Positions 39,526-48,662 of a stretch of 64,000 bases of DNA are shown here, one piece after another (the first letter of the stretch is position 1; every line of letters begins with the position of its first letter). The stretch lies in IMG/VR virus record IMGVR_UViG_3300010354_015978, positions 1-64,000 of that record, one strand, 5' to 3'. The DNA comes from a virus. The notes under the pieces are model-generated. The model saw nothing but the letters and a program-made list of their open reading frames with translations, was not told the origin of the DNA and made no database searches. The position numbers and the translations under genes are program-made.

Positions 39526-40559
39526 AGATACCTTTCCAGCCCACCGCGGCGACGTATGTCTTGTGTGCAGCAACTTATGCCCGAATCAAAAAAGTATTTG
39601 TGACGCTGTTCCACTATGATGGGTTCAATACCATGACGTTGGCAAAAATCAAAAACACCTTTGTTGTAACTGCTGAATATCACGTGCTGCTCGTCCACTA
39701 CCAGGCAGTTGACATCAAACACAGTCTCGGACACAAAACCGGTCCATTTGGTGAGATAGGTGTCCACGAACTGTGCAAATGCAGGATCGGGCTGCGGCTG
39801 CTGCACGTACCAGCGTCCGTTGAAGTTTTCATATTTGAACTTGCCCACTTCCTGTGCGGCAAATATGCTGGCGTCCCAGACCTTGTGGACTTCCCATCCG
39901 GGAAATGATTCGCGATAATTTATGTCAGCATCATGCATGCTGGAAATGATAACGCCGGGCTTGAGTATGGCAAACACAGCATCGCCGTGCCCATTGGTCT
40001 GGCAGTGATGCACACGGTATCGCGAGTCCAGTACATTGTCGCGGATCCACTCCATGTGCTGGGTAGTCAGGAACTCTGAATTATCAAAGAACACATCTTC
40101 TCCACAGCGCACGATGCATGAAGCCACGGCGCCCACTATGGGATGCGTGGCGTTGTAGCGTCCTTGATGCGGATCCAGTACCGAGCCCGGCTGTTGCTGC
40201 TCGTAGTGGTGCAGCACCCGGTCCATTTCCGGAATGTTCAACACACGCAACAAGCGTTCGCCCAGCGTGATCTGCCAATCACGCGGGGTCAAGGGCGGCA
40301 GTGGCGCATAGTGCTGTCGCACCGCATGCTGCGTGAAACGATCTACATCAATGAGATCGGGGCGCCGTACCGTGACTCCAAACCCCTCCAGTACTTGACA
40401 CAGTCGATCAAGATCTTCAGCGGTCTCGCTCAAGAGCTGTCCCAATTGATCACGCACCTGTTTGTTTTCTATAAAGGCAAAATGTTCTGGCGTGTAAACG
40501 CGGCCCACGATGATCTCTTCCAGGGGCTGCCAACTGGTATAACTGCTTATCTGGGACAT
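39522..40559 (-). CDS. Amidinotransferase (glycine/inosamine-phosphate amidinotransferase family)
   Basis: SWQPLEEIIVGR, PRD, HGD, FDVNCLVVD, C-terminal GISCCTQDIRR carrying the expected catalytic Cys. Confidence 0.85.
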   Translation of the reverse strand: MSQISSYTSWQPLEEIIVGRVYTPEHFAFIENKQVRDQLGQLLSETAEDLDRLCQVLEGFGVTVRRPDLIDVDRFTQHAVRQHYAPLPPLTPRDWQITLGERLLRVLNIPEMDRVLHHYEQQQPGSVLDPHQGRYNATHPIVGAVASCIVRCGEDVFFDNSEFLTTQHMEWIRDNVLDSRYRVHHCQTNGHGDAVFAILKPGVIISSMHDADINYRESFPGWEVHKVWDASIFAAQEVGKFKYENFNGRWYVQQPQPDPAFAQFVDTYLTKWTGFVSETVFDVNCLVVDEQHVIFSSYNKGVFDFCQRHGIEPIIVEQRHKYFFDSGISCCTQDIRRRGGLERYL

Positions 40560-41752
40560 TGTAACCGCCTCGCTATGTCATATATAGGTTCCCGCACACG
40601 GCCCTGGAACATTTCTTGGTTGTGTGCAAGATCGGGCAGGATGCTGTCCCACCATACCTCGCTGTTGCAATCACGCGCCACGCGGCGTGCCGACTCTATA
40701 AAGGCCCGGGCGCGATCATAGTGGTCCAGCACTGTGTCATAGCCATGATCTATCACATGATCAAATGTGCGATAGCCCATGTTGCGCAGTTCCTGTATGT
40801 TGCCTGCTGCACCAGCGATCAAAAAAGGTTGTCCATGCTTGATGGGTTTGAATGTCTTTTCCGTGAGGAACACACCCTGGCTCTGATCCACGTCAAAATG
40901 AGTCTCCAACACGATGTGGCAACGGCTGCGGAAAAGATCAAGATTGACATCGTGGTGTGCATTGTGTTGCTCGGCAGAAAAATCATCGCAGCGGTGCGGT
41001 GTGTGCTGCAGAAACAGGTTGAGATGCCCCTGCCACTCCCGATCATGGGTGAGATCGATGGGGTTATCACTGCCATGATCCTGCGCGGGCAGATCCGCGG
41101 TGTTGTAACTCCACATGCTGCTTTCCAACAAACCATGGCGCCACAGGCCACTCATGATGGTGGCGCGCCACCATTTGTGATATCGATTCACTGCGGTAAA
41201 GGTATAAGGTCCTGCTGTGCGATTTAGACTCAGGGTGCGCTGATTGCGATTGACATGGCGGAAAAAGAATTCATGATCGGGGAAGTAAATGAAGTTGTCA
41301 ATGTCACGCGCCGCGGTATTGGCTGAAATGAATCGGTAGCAGTCCCGGGGCAGATCGTTGCGATCTGCCATGAGATCCAGTTTGTTTTTTATCCTATAGG
41401 GATTGTCGCCTTCATGATAGTAAAACAGCACGCCCACCTGGCGCCGTTGTATGCGCTGACGCAGCATGTCATTGAACATGGCGAAATAGTCAAGATCCAG
41501 GTCAAACCAGCCCAGGGCCACGGGATACCAGGCCCAATCAAAATCTTCCCATATGGTGCACACACGGAAGTCCACGTGCGCGTCGCGCAGATAGGTCAAC
41601 AGCCTCAAGGGAATGGTACGGGGATAGTGGTGATCAAACTGTTTCCATTCCGGTGTGCGTGGCTGTGCATGCCAGCGAGCCAGGTTGGGATGCGGCGTCC
41701 CAGGCTCCAGTACTTGATCATAACAAAATATCAGCTCAGTCATTGAAATCAT
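40547..41752 (-). CDS. Putative glycosyltransferase-like protein (EKxxxP family)
   Basis: IVLET...FLTEKTFKPIKHGQPF...LRNMGYRTFDHVIDHGYD. The start may be at 41743. Confidence 0.5.
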   Translation of the reverse strand: MISMTELIFCYDQVLEPGTPHPNLARWHAQPRTPEWKQFDHHYPRTIPLRLLTYLRDAHVDFRVCTIWEDFDWAWYPVALGWFDLDLDYFAMFNDMLRQRIQRRQVGVLFYYHEGDNPYRIKNKLDLMADRNDLPRDCYRFISANTAARDIDNFIYFPDHEFFFRHVNRNQRTLSLNRTAGPYTFTAVNRYHKWWRATIMSGLWRHGLLESSMWSYNTADLPAQDHGSDNPIDLTHDREWQGHLNLFLQHTPHRCDDFSAEQHNAHHDVNLDLFRSRCHIVLETHFDVDQSQGVFLTEKTFKPIKHGQPFLIAGAAGNIQELRNMGYRTFDHVIDHGYDTVLDHYDRARAFIESARRVARDCNSEVWWDSILPDLAHNQEMFQGRVREPIYDIARRLQCPR

Positions 41753-42836
41753 CTCTGATTTGCTTCAGCATGGCCGTGAGTTCGCGCCATAGTATTTGCT
41801 CAAATGCACCGCCGTAGAAGTGTTGATGATTGTGTTGGACCACGTCTCTGCATTGATCATTGAGGATACCAAGCTCACGATCTGTGCGTTGATCCATCCA
41901 CAGCAATAGCTCGGCCACGCGCTGCGCACGAACATCATCGTTGGGCTCTAGATCGTAACTCTCGTCCCAGACATCATGGAAGGTGCGGAATCCATAACTG
42001 CGCAGGTACTCCAGACTGCCCGGTGCTGCCAACAGTACAAAAGGTCTGCCCATGGCAACAGGTTTCAAAGTCTTTTCCGTGAGATGCAGGCGCTGTGCCG
42101 AATACACAGTTTCTGTGACCACATAGGCCAGACTGTCATGGGCTTCCTGCCACTGCGTGAGTTCATAACTGCGCATGGGGTGGTCATGTTCGCCTGCAAA
42201 GTTCCAGGGCAGCCCGGCGCGGGCAAACACGCCGACAGCATCCTCCGGCAAGTGATCCACGAGATCCTGTACAGCCACACCTTCCTGTGGACATGTAGCG
42301 GGGAAACTCACATGGGCATTGCGCACGCCGCCGCGCAAGAGGTGGTACATCAAGGTGACCCTGTGGCGCCGACGCCCACCAATGATGCGATTTGGCGCAA
42401 GGAAACTGCGGGTGATGCGCGACTGCTGAGGTCGCAGCCAGGTGCGGTCATAGCCCCGGAACCAATCCAGAGCAGCCCAACCATGGAAGAAATAATAGTA
42501 GGACTTCCAACCCCATCGCTCACAGGCCGCCCGCACAGCATCACTGTTCATCTCACTGTGCACCAGGGCGCGACTGCGCGGACCAATATGATTATTGAGA
42601 TCCCGGCTGCGTTCACGCACAGCATCAAACAGGGGCGCATGTAGATCCAAATGGATTGGCTCTTGGTCATGAAATAGTATATAATTAAGTTCGTGACTAC
42701 CAGCACCATCACTGACGCACAAGTTCTCCACACCGGTGTGACCAAATGGCGCACAGTGATAGAATCTGGTCCTGGGCACGTTACGCTGCAAATAGGTGCC
42801 AAATACCTGATGGTAGATCTCGTCGATCCTAATCAT
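41736..42836 (-). CDS. Putative glycosyltransferase-like protein (EKxxxP family)
   Basis: VVTET...HLTEKTLKPVAMGRPF...LRSYGFRTFHDVWDESYD. Confidence 0.5.
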   Translation of the reverse strand: MIRIDEIYHQVFGTYLQRNVPRTRFYHCAPFGHTGVENLCVSDGAGSHELNYILFHDQEPIHLDLHAPLFDAVRERSRDLNNHIGPRSRALVHSEMNSDAVRAACERWGWKSYYYFFHGWAALDWFRGYDRTWLRPQQSRITRSFLAPNRIIGGRRRHRVTLMYHLLRGGVRNAHVSFPATCPQEGVAVQDLVDHLPEDAVGVFARAGLPWNFAGEHDHPMRSYELTQWQEAHDSLAYVVTETVYSAQRLHLTEKTLKPVAMGRPFVLLAAPGSLEYLRSYGFRTFHDVWDESYDLEPNDDVRAQRVAELLLWMDQRTDRELGILNDQCRDVVQHNHQHFYGGAFEQILWRELTAMLKQIRDDFND

Positions 42837-44445
42837 GTTTGATGTTTTTTATCTAGACCGGCCCACTGGATTGTTCCCGCATGAGCGCTGGGCGCGTGAC
42901 CTTGATCATGCGCGGGCCCAAAGCGGTACCCGATACTGCTGGGTGCTGGATTACTTATCGGACTATCGGGGCTTTGATTTCCTTTGGGAACCCGCACCCT
43001 GGCAGAGCCATCAGGCACATGCCTGGCCCAGTCAGCATCAGGTCACGGGTGGTACATGGTTGTTGCCCAGACAGGGCTACAGTGACGTCAATCGTGAACA
43101 TGATCCTGTGCCACGACGTGCCTCGGTACCTCGTCTGCACATACATCATTGTGCTGCGACACTAGATCATGGTGATGCCAACACGCGCTATATTTCCAGT
43201 TACCTGGGCACTCTGCGACGCGCTCTGTCCAAGACCGATTGGCAGCACTGCTGGGTTACCACGGACGTGTGCGACTACATGGGTTTTGATTTTTCTTGGC
43301 ATCCCAGCGAGTGGCAGCAGGATCTCTTGCATGTCTGGCACAGCGATGATCAAAAGTTCGGTGACACCTTTTACATTCATGTGCCCACGTTTCTCGAGCG
43401 CAGCGAACGCCTACAGGCTCTGGAACACTATCCTGGACTGAACTTTGTGGATGTGTCAGTACCGCGCTGCCCCGTGCCCCAGATACGCTATAGTGAGCAT
43501 ACTGTGGTCAATGCCATACTCGCACACGAATTTGATACCCCCGTGGTACAGTTCCATCGCGAGCATGCCATTAACACCCCGCCGGCTGTGTGCCTGTGGC
43601 AGGAACGCACCAAAGCCGTTACGCCACTCAACACCAGCCACAGCACTGTGCTGGTACCTCGCGAAGCCAAGAACCATGTGCGCACCCAGGTCTATGACTA
43701 TGCCTGGTTGGATCGCGACAAGATCATGTACCCCGATGCTCCCCTGGACGTGGTATTCATCAGCAATGGCGAGCCCAGGGCCCAAGAGTTCTATCAACAG
43801 TTGGTGCGATCGGTACAAAGCCGTGGATACACCAACAACATACACTGGGTCCGGGATGTAGCCGGCCGGGTCGCGGCCTATCATGCAGCAGCTCGGGCCA
43901 GCATGACACCCTGGTTCTTTGCGGTGTTTGCCAAGTTATGGGTGTCAGAAGAGTTTGATTGGTCATGGCAGCCCGACTACCTACAACAACCCAAGCACTA
44001 CATCTTTCATGCGGTCAACATGGCAAACCGATTGGAATACGGGCACCAGGCCATGATAGCCTACAATCGCGACTTGGTGTTGGCCAATCCTGGCCTGGGG
44101 CTGGACTTTACGCTGGATTCACCACACCAAGTGGTGCCCGTGCTGTCGGGGCGCGCCATCTCTACGTCGGCCTGGCAGGCCTGGCGCACAGCGTTCCGTG
44201 AAGTGATAAAACTGCGGCACAGCCTGCCCGACATAGACAGCGAATATCGCATCTCGCAGTGGGTGTTGCCCAATCCACGCCAGCAAGAGCTCTATGGTGA
44301 AGACTGGAGCGCTCTGGGCGCCCAGGATGCCCTGGCCTACTACGACGAAGTGGGTGGTGACTTTGACGCCCTGCGTCTCAGTTATGAGTGGTCTTGGCTG
44401 GCGAGCTATGCGCTGTTACGGCGTGGGCTCGCACCTGATCAATGA
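42835..44445 (+). CDS. Multidomain glycosyltransferase-like protein
   Basis: The C-terminal half (VFISNGEP, AYHAAA, AWRTAFREVIK) is paralogous to 24550; FDF.W.P..WQ/LQ modules recur three times. Confidence 0.55.
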   Translation: MFDVFYLDRPTGLFPHERWARDLDHARAQSGTRYCWVLDYLSDYRGFDFLWEPAPWQSHQAHAWPSQHQVTGGTWLLPRQGYSDVNREHDPVPRRASVPRLHIHHCAATLDHGDANTRYISSYLGTLRRALSKTDWQHCWVTTDVCDYMGFDFSWHPSEWQQDLLHVWHSDDQKFGDTFYIHVPTFLERSERLQALEHYPGLNFVDVSVPRCPVPQIRYSEHTVVNAILAHEFDTPVVQFHREHAINTPPAVCLWQERTKAVTPLNTSHSTVLVPREAKNHVRTQVYDYAWLDRDKIMYPDAPLDVVFISNGEPRAQEFYQQLVRSVQSRGYTNNIHWVRDVAGRVAAYHAAARASMTPWFFAVFAKLWVSEEFDWSWQPDYLQQPKHYIFHAVNMANRLEYGHQAMIAYNRDLVLANPGLGLDFTLDSPHQVVPVLSGRAISTSAWQAWRTAFREVIKLRHSLPDIDSEYRISQWVLPNPRQQELYGEDWSALGAQDALAYYDEVGGDFDALRLSYEWSWLASYALLRRGLAPDQ

Positions 44446-45514
44446 TGTAGTCCACCTGCAGGTCCGTGAGCTCGGGATACAGGGGCAGGCTCAACACACG
44501 ACGGGCCAGAGCACTGGCCCTGCTGAGTATACCGGGACCCGCGCACTGACGGAACTCGCCCAGTTCATGCAGGGGCTGCGCATAATGCACTCGTGTGTCG
44601 ATGCCGTGCTGCGCAAATTGCTGACGCAGCACATCGCGATCATCCACATCAATCACGAACTTCTGCAAGGCATGTCCGCGGATGTTGTCGCGCGTGACCA
44701 GGCATCGTACCGGTGTGTTGTTGAGTTGTTCCATCCAGTAGGTGGCGATCTTTTGCCTGCGCGCCTGCCACTGGTCCACATACTGTGTCTTGATCATCAG
44801 CACCGCGCAATCCAGCTCGCTCATGCGGCTGTTGGTGCCTGACACACGGTGATAGGGCTTGCCATTGTCTCTCCAACTCTCGGCAAAGTCCGCCAGCTCG
44901 CTGTCATTGGTCAGCACAGCGCCGCCATTGCCCATGGCTGCGAGATTTTTCATGGGATCAAAGCTCACGGCTGCATCGCCGATGCGCTGACAGTCGTCTG
45001 ACAGCCAGTGCTGTGCAGCATCCTCCAGCAACAGCCTGGGACTCTGCCAGGCCTGCTGCCAGGCACGGAAACTATTGAGTCCCAGATATTCACTGACCCC
45101 GGCACCATACAGTCCCACCAGCATCACAGCGTTGAAAGTGCTATCACCCGCGCGAGTCACATCCATGATGCCACGTTCGTCGGTGTCGGCAAACACTACT
45201 TCCCAGCCTGATCGCATGAAAGCATTGGCCGAAGCAGCATAGGTCAGCGCAGGCACCAGTATCCTGGGCGGATCCATGACGTGTTGCAGCGCATGATACT
45301 GGGCCAGGCACTCCAGCGCCTGTGTGCCGCTGTGTACCGTGATGGCATGACGCACACGGTTGCGCTGGGCCAACCAGGCCTCGAACTCCGCTGTGTAGTT
45401 GCCGTTCATGAGCTGACCCGATCGCAACACTTCATCGGTGCGATCCAGGATCTCGCTGCGCAGATTGCTATACTGTTTTTGGAGACCAGTAAAGGGAATT
45501 TTTAAGCCAGTCAT
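44378..45514 (-). CDS. DegT/DnrJ/EryC1/StrS family PLP-dependent aminotransferase
   Basis: SGTQAL, EDAAQ, SFDPMKNL (PLP Lys), GNGGAV, NSRMSE, LSLPLYPEL. Confidence 0.92.
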   Translation of the reverse strand: MTGLKIPFTGLQKQYSNLRSEILDRTDEVLRSGQLMNGNYTAEFEAWLAQRNRVRHAITVHSGTQALECLAQYHALQHVMDPPRILVPALTYAASANAFMRSGWEVVFADTDERGIMDVTRAGDSTFNAVMLVGLYGAGVSEYLGLNSFRAWQQAWQSPRLLLEDAAQHWLSDDCQRIGDAAVSFDPMKNLAAMGNGGAVLTNDSELADFAESWRDNGKPYHRVSGTNSRMSELDCAVLMIKTQYVDQWQARRQKIATYWMEQLNNTPVRCLVTRDNIRGHALQKFVIDVDDRDVLRQQFAQHGIDTRVHYAQPLHELGEFRQCAGPGILSRASALARRVLSLPLYPELTDLQVDYIIDQVRAHAVTAHSSPAKTTHN

Positions 45515-46442
45515 GATAGGCCTGGAATCCTTGTTCCACATCCACCTGTGGGTTGAAGTCAAAGTCACGTCGCGCAGCGTCGATGTTGAGCGCGCCACGG
45601 CTGGGGAAGTCCTGGTCTCGATCCAGGCATTCGATGCTGCCACGTCCAGCGATCCTCACGGCCAATTTGGCAGCATCCAACAGGGTGCGACTGTGGCTCT
45701 TGGTGATGTTGTAGGTGCGATTGGCAGTGTTGTTGCTCAAGGCCGCAGCCACAATGCCGGCAGCAGCATCATCCACGTAGGTGAAGTCCAGGGTCTCTTG
45801 TGCGCCTCGCACCTGCAGAGCGCGACCTTGCATGGCCTGCAACAGGAAGCGAGATATCACTCGATCGCCCATGTCCAAGGGACCGTACACAGCACTGGGA
45901 CGCAGGATCACATGTTCAAAAGCACCCCGGCGCGTGTAGTCGCGCAGCAGCATCTCGCCTGCCAGTTTCATGATGCCATACTGTCCTTGGGGATGGCAGG
46001 GTGCATCTTCGCGCACGTCGTCTTGGAAATCTCCGTACACCATGCTGCTGCTGGCATACACCAACCTTGACACCGAGTTCTTTCGCGCCAGTTCACACAG
46101 GGTCAATGTGCCCTGCATCATGGTACGTGCAGCAAGATCGGGATTGGCACCCACGACCTTTTGTCGCGGAAAACTGGCCAGGTGTATGATGATGTCGGGA
46201 CGCTGTTCTTCCAGCACGATGCGAGTGGCCCGTGCATCTGCGATGTCGCTGACAAACAGGCGCGTGTTGGCATCGATGCGGCGCTCACGCTCCTGCATGA
46301 GATAATCTACTTCCGCGGGATCCAGAACTTCGTAGTTGGTAAGGTTGTCTATCACACTGACTGTGTGTTGTTGCTGCTGCAACTGTCTCACCACGTTGTG
46401 TCCGATCAAACCCAGGCCACCGGTCACCAATACTTTAGCCAT
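45468..46442 (-). CDS. NAD-dependent epimerase/dehydratase
   Basis: VTGGLGLIG, SSSMVYG, YGIMK, DFTYVDD. Confidence 0.92.
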   Translation of the reverse strand: MAKVLVTGGLGLIGHNVVRQLQQQQHTVSVIDNLTNYEVLDPAEVDYLMQERERRIDANTRLFVSDIADARATRIVLEEQRPDIIIHLASFPRQKVVGANPDLAARTMMQGTLTLCELARKNSVSRLVYASSSMVYGDFQDDVREDAPCHPQGQYGIMKLAGEMLLRDYTRRGAFEHVILRPSAVYGPLDMGDRVISRFLLQAMQGRALQVRGAQETLDFTYVDDAAAGIVAAALSNNTANRTYNITKSHSRTLLDAAKLAVRIAGRGSIECLDRDQDFPSRGALNIDAARRDFDFNPQVDVEQGFQAYHDWLKNSLYWSPKTV

Positions 46443-46674
46443 GTCGCAATCTCCAAAAAGTCAAGTCAGCCCCATCCAGCCAGGCCACGATGTCGTATCG
46501 GTAGCCCCAGGCATCCTGGCTCATGCTCCGGCGCCACATGGGCTGCTGCTTGCTGTGTTCCATGATCCAGCGACCTTCGTCGGTCTGCTGCCACTGCCAG
46601 ATAGGATCGGCTACGAAAAGATCAGGGTCTTCCACATCGCCCATGCTGATGGTGTGTACCACTACTGGCTGCAT
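46435..46674 (-). CDS. Hypothetical protein
   Basis: Probable start at MQPVVVH (46674); MGDVEDPDL motif. Confidence 0.55.
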   Translation of the reverse strand: MQPVVVHTISMGDVEDPDLFVADPIWQWQQTDEGRWIMEHSKQQPMWRRSMSQDAWGYRYDIVAWLDGADLTFWRLRHG

Positions 46675-46690
46675 ACACTCTAGTGTAGCA

Positions 46691-47383
46691 TTATCCTGCT
46701 GAGTCAGCAACGAAGTCTGATGCCATGGGGAATACCTGGGCAATGACTTGCGCACAGGCTCGCGCCACTTCTTGATGTTCTTTTTGTGTGCCGTGTCCGC
46801 TGCGCAGTTCTATGAAATGGATCCAACTGCGCAGGGTACCATTCATGTAGAGTCTGCTTTCTACAAGCCCTTCTGGTAGCACGGCCCGAGCCTGCTCTTT
46901 GGCGATGCCATTGCGGGCCGCCCACTCGTATACTTCACGGGCCTTGTTGATGACTTCCAGTTGCTTGGTGTGCCAGACCTTGGCCAGTTCCTGGGCCTCG
47001 GTGTCAGTGGGGTCAAGCTCTATGCTGTTTTGTCGATTCTTGGTGTCTTGTAGCCGTGCTTCTCTAACCACGAAATCGAGGTCTCGAGTTGGGTCAGCAT
47101 ATCTCTGGCTGAATTCCTGGAATGAGAAACTTCTGTGTCGGAGGATTTGTCGGGCGATGTCTCGGGTGGTGCGGATTTCAAGACATGCTGACACCATTTC
47201 GAGCGGGCTCCAGTGTTGGTGTCGTACCAGGTATCGTATGAGCCGTTGGGATGTTTCGCTGTTAAATTGGTTGCTGGGATTGCTGACACGGGCGCAATAC
47301 GCGATGAGTTCTTGCGCATCCGTGAGGCCCAGATCTCTAAATTCCTCAGTGGGTTGGCTGTGGGATACGAGACGAACATTCAT
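46691..47383 (-). CDS. thyX: FAD-dependent thymidylate synthase
   Basis: ThyX motif RQILRHRSFSFQEFSQRY, plus EQARAVLP and LRSWIHF. Confidence 0.97.
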   Translation of the reverse strand: MNVRLVSHSQPTEEFRDLGLTDAQELIAYCARVSNPSNQFNSETSQRLIRYLVRHQHWSPLEMVSACLEIRTTRDIARQILRHRSFSFQEFSQRYADPTRDLDFVVREARLQDTKNRQNSIELDPTDTEAQELAKVWHTKQLEVINKAREVYEWAARNGIAKEQARAVLPEGLVESRLYMNGTLRSWIHFIELRSGHGTQKEHQEVARACAQVIAQVFPMASDFVADSAG

Positions 47384-47685
47384 TGTATACCTTTTAAGAG
47401 TTTGTCGGTTTCGGGCTGCAATCGTTCCGCCACGGCTTCCACATCCAGCACGAATTCCATGCTGGCGATGTGTTGCTCGTTATCGCGGATGTAGCGATCC
47501 ACGATGTTTTCTACCACGGCCGGGGCTGCGCCTTGATCGCGCAGTTTACGTAGATTGATAGTGCGTTGTCTGCGATCCTGTGTGCGGAATATGATCTTCT
47601 TGACACATTCAATTGGTACATGCTCTTTGTCAACTTGCTCTACGATGTCTTCCCAGCGTTTTAGGAAGTCATTAGTTAGCAGCAT
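47380..47685 (-). CDS. Hypothetical protein
   Basis: ORF coupled to thyX by an ATGA overlap. Confidence 0.65.
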   Translation of the reverse strand: MLLTNDFLKRWEDIVEQVDKEHVPIECVKKIIFRTQDRRQRTINLRKLRDQGAAPAVVENIVDRYIRDNEQHIASMEFVLDVEAVAERLQPETDKLLKGIQ

Positions 47686-48370
47686 CCGCCACCGCCTTGA
47701 CTTTAGCAGGACGACCACGCTTGGGTTTGGCGGCTTCGCTAGGCACTCCAGTGAGACCAGCGGCTTGACTCATGAGACGCTCGGCTTCGGCCAATAGCCC
47801 TTTGGCTTCTCGGCTCATGCGTTCGGCCTGTGTCTGCAGGTCACGAGCCAAGGCAGCATCGTCCAAGGCCCGGGCAGCATCACTGCCGGCCACTGTGGAA
47901 CTGCCTTGACGCACTTGATCAATGGGCGCACCTACCTCGCGACCGAACTCATCGCGCGGGCGAACCTTGCCGGTCATGCCCTTGTTGGCATCCAGTTCGG
48001 CCAATCGCTTGATGGCCTGTTCGCCTGCGTTCATCTCGCGCAGGATGTTGTTCATCTCTTCCAGGTTCACATGGCTGCTGGGATTGGGCGTGACCACCAC
48101 TTGTTTGGTCTGCACCTTTTTCAGCATGCCCTCGGCGTGCAGGGTCTGCAGCATGGGGCGTCCATCGTTGAACAGTTCACGGAACAGCACATCAGCAAGA
48201 CTGTCGGCGTTTTGTGCCACCGGGCCTTCGATCACGCGCATCATGGTGTCGTGCATGGCTACCGGCAGCGTGTCGGTGTATACCAACAGCGTCATGTGTT
48301 CTTCACCGGGCACTTCCCGGAATACTATGGCTACCTTGCGGTCGCCGTGTCTACCTACGTGCTTGATCAT
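47672..48370 (-). CDS. Hypothetical protein with a C-terminal AT-hook-like KRGRP
   Basis: 232 aa, coiled-coil-like C-terminus ending PKRGRPAK; GGAGA ribosome-binding site. Confidence 0.7.
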   Translation of the reverse strand: MIKHVGRHGDRKVAIVFREVPGEEHMTLLVYTDTLPVAMHDTMMRVIEGPVAQNADSLADVLFRELFNDGRPMLQTLHAEGMLKKVQTKQVVVTPNPSSHVNLEEMNNILREMNAGEQAIKRLAELDANKGMTGKVRPRDEFGREVGAPIDQVRQGSSTVAGSDAARALDDAALARDLQTQAERMSREAKGLLAEAERLMSQAAGLTGVPSEAAKPKRGRPAKVKAVADAAN

Positions 48371-48588
48371 AAACTTTCTCCTTGGGACTCTTGTGGTATG
48401 TTGGGCAGATTATTCTGCGTCTGTTCCTGTGCCCGGGCTACTACGCCGTTCAGGAAGGCATCCAGTTTGTTGTACAGAGTGCCAATGGCTGCCATCTCGT
48501 TGGCTTTGAATGCTCCACGGCTCTGTGCCAGTTCCACGATTTCTCGTAGACCCGCTAAATCGTTGATGTTGAATTCTAGGTTATCCAT
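48367..48588 (-). CDS. Hypothetical protein
   Basis: MDNLEFNINDL...RGAFKANEM..IG.LYNKL; TAAATA lies 5 nt upstream of the ATG. Confidence 0.7.
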   Translation of the reverse strand: MDNLEFNINDLAGLREIVELAQSRGAFKANEMAAIGTLYNKLDAFLNGVVARAQEQTQNNLPNIPQESQGESL

Positions 48589-48606
48589 GCAGTTATTTAA
48601 TGCAAG

Positions 48607-48637
48607 AAAAACCCCGGTGAGCAAAACCCACCGGGGT
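48607..48637 (-). terminator. Intrinsic terminator after the VWA gene
   Basis: 9-bp stem ACCCCGGTG/CACCGGGGT followed by a U-run on the minus strand. Confidence 0.75.
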
Positions 48638-48662
48638 AATCATGCGGTTCTGGACAAATTGA

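Noticed and set aside
37255-40559. Saxitoxin gene cluster (SxtI/SxtG-like pair)
   Set aside because: The carbamoyltransferase and amidinotransferase families are broad, and no SxtA-like PKS or other core sxt genes are present.
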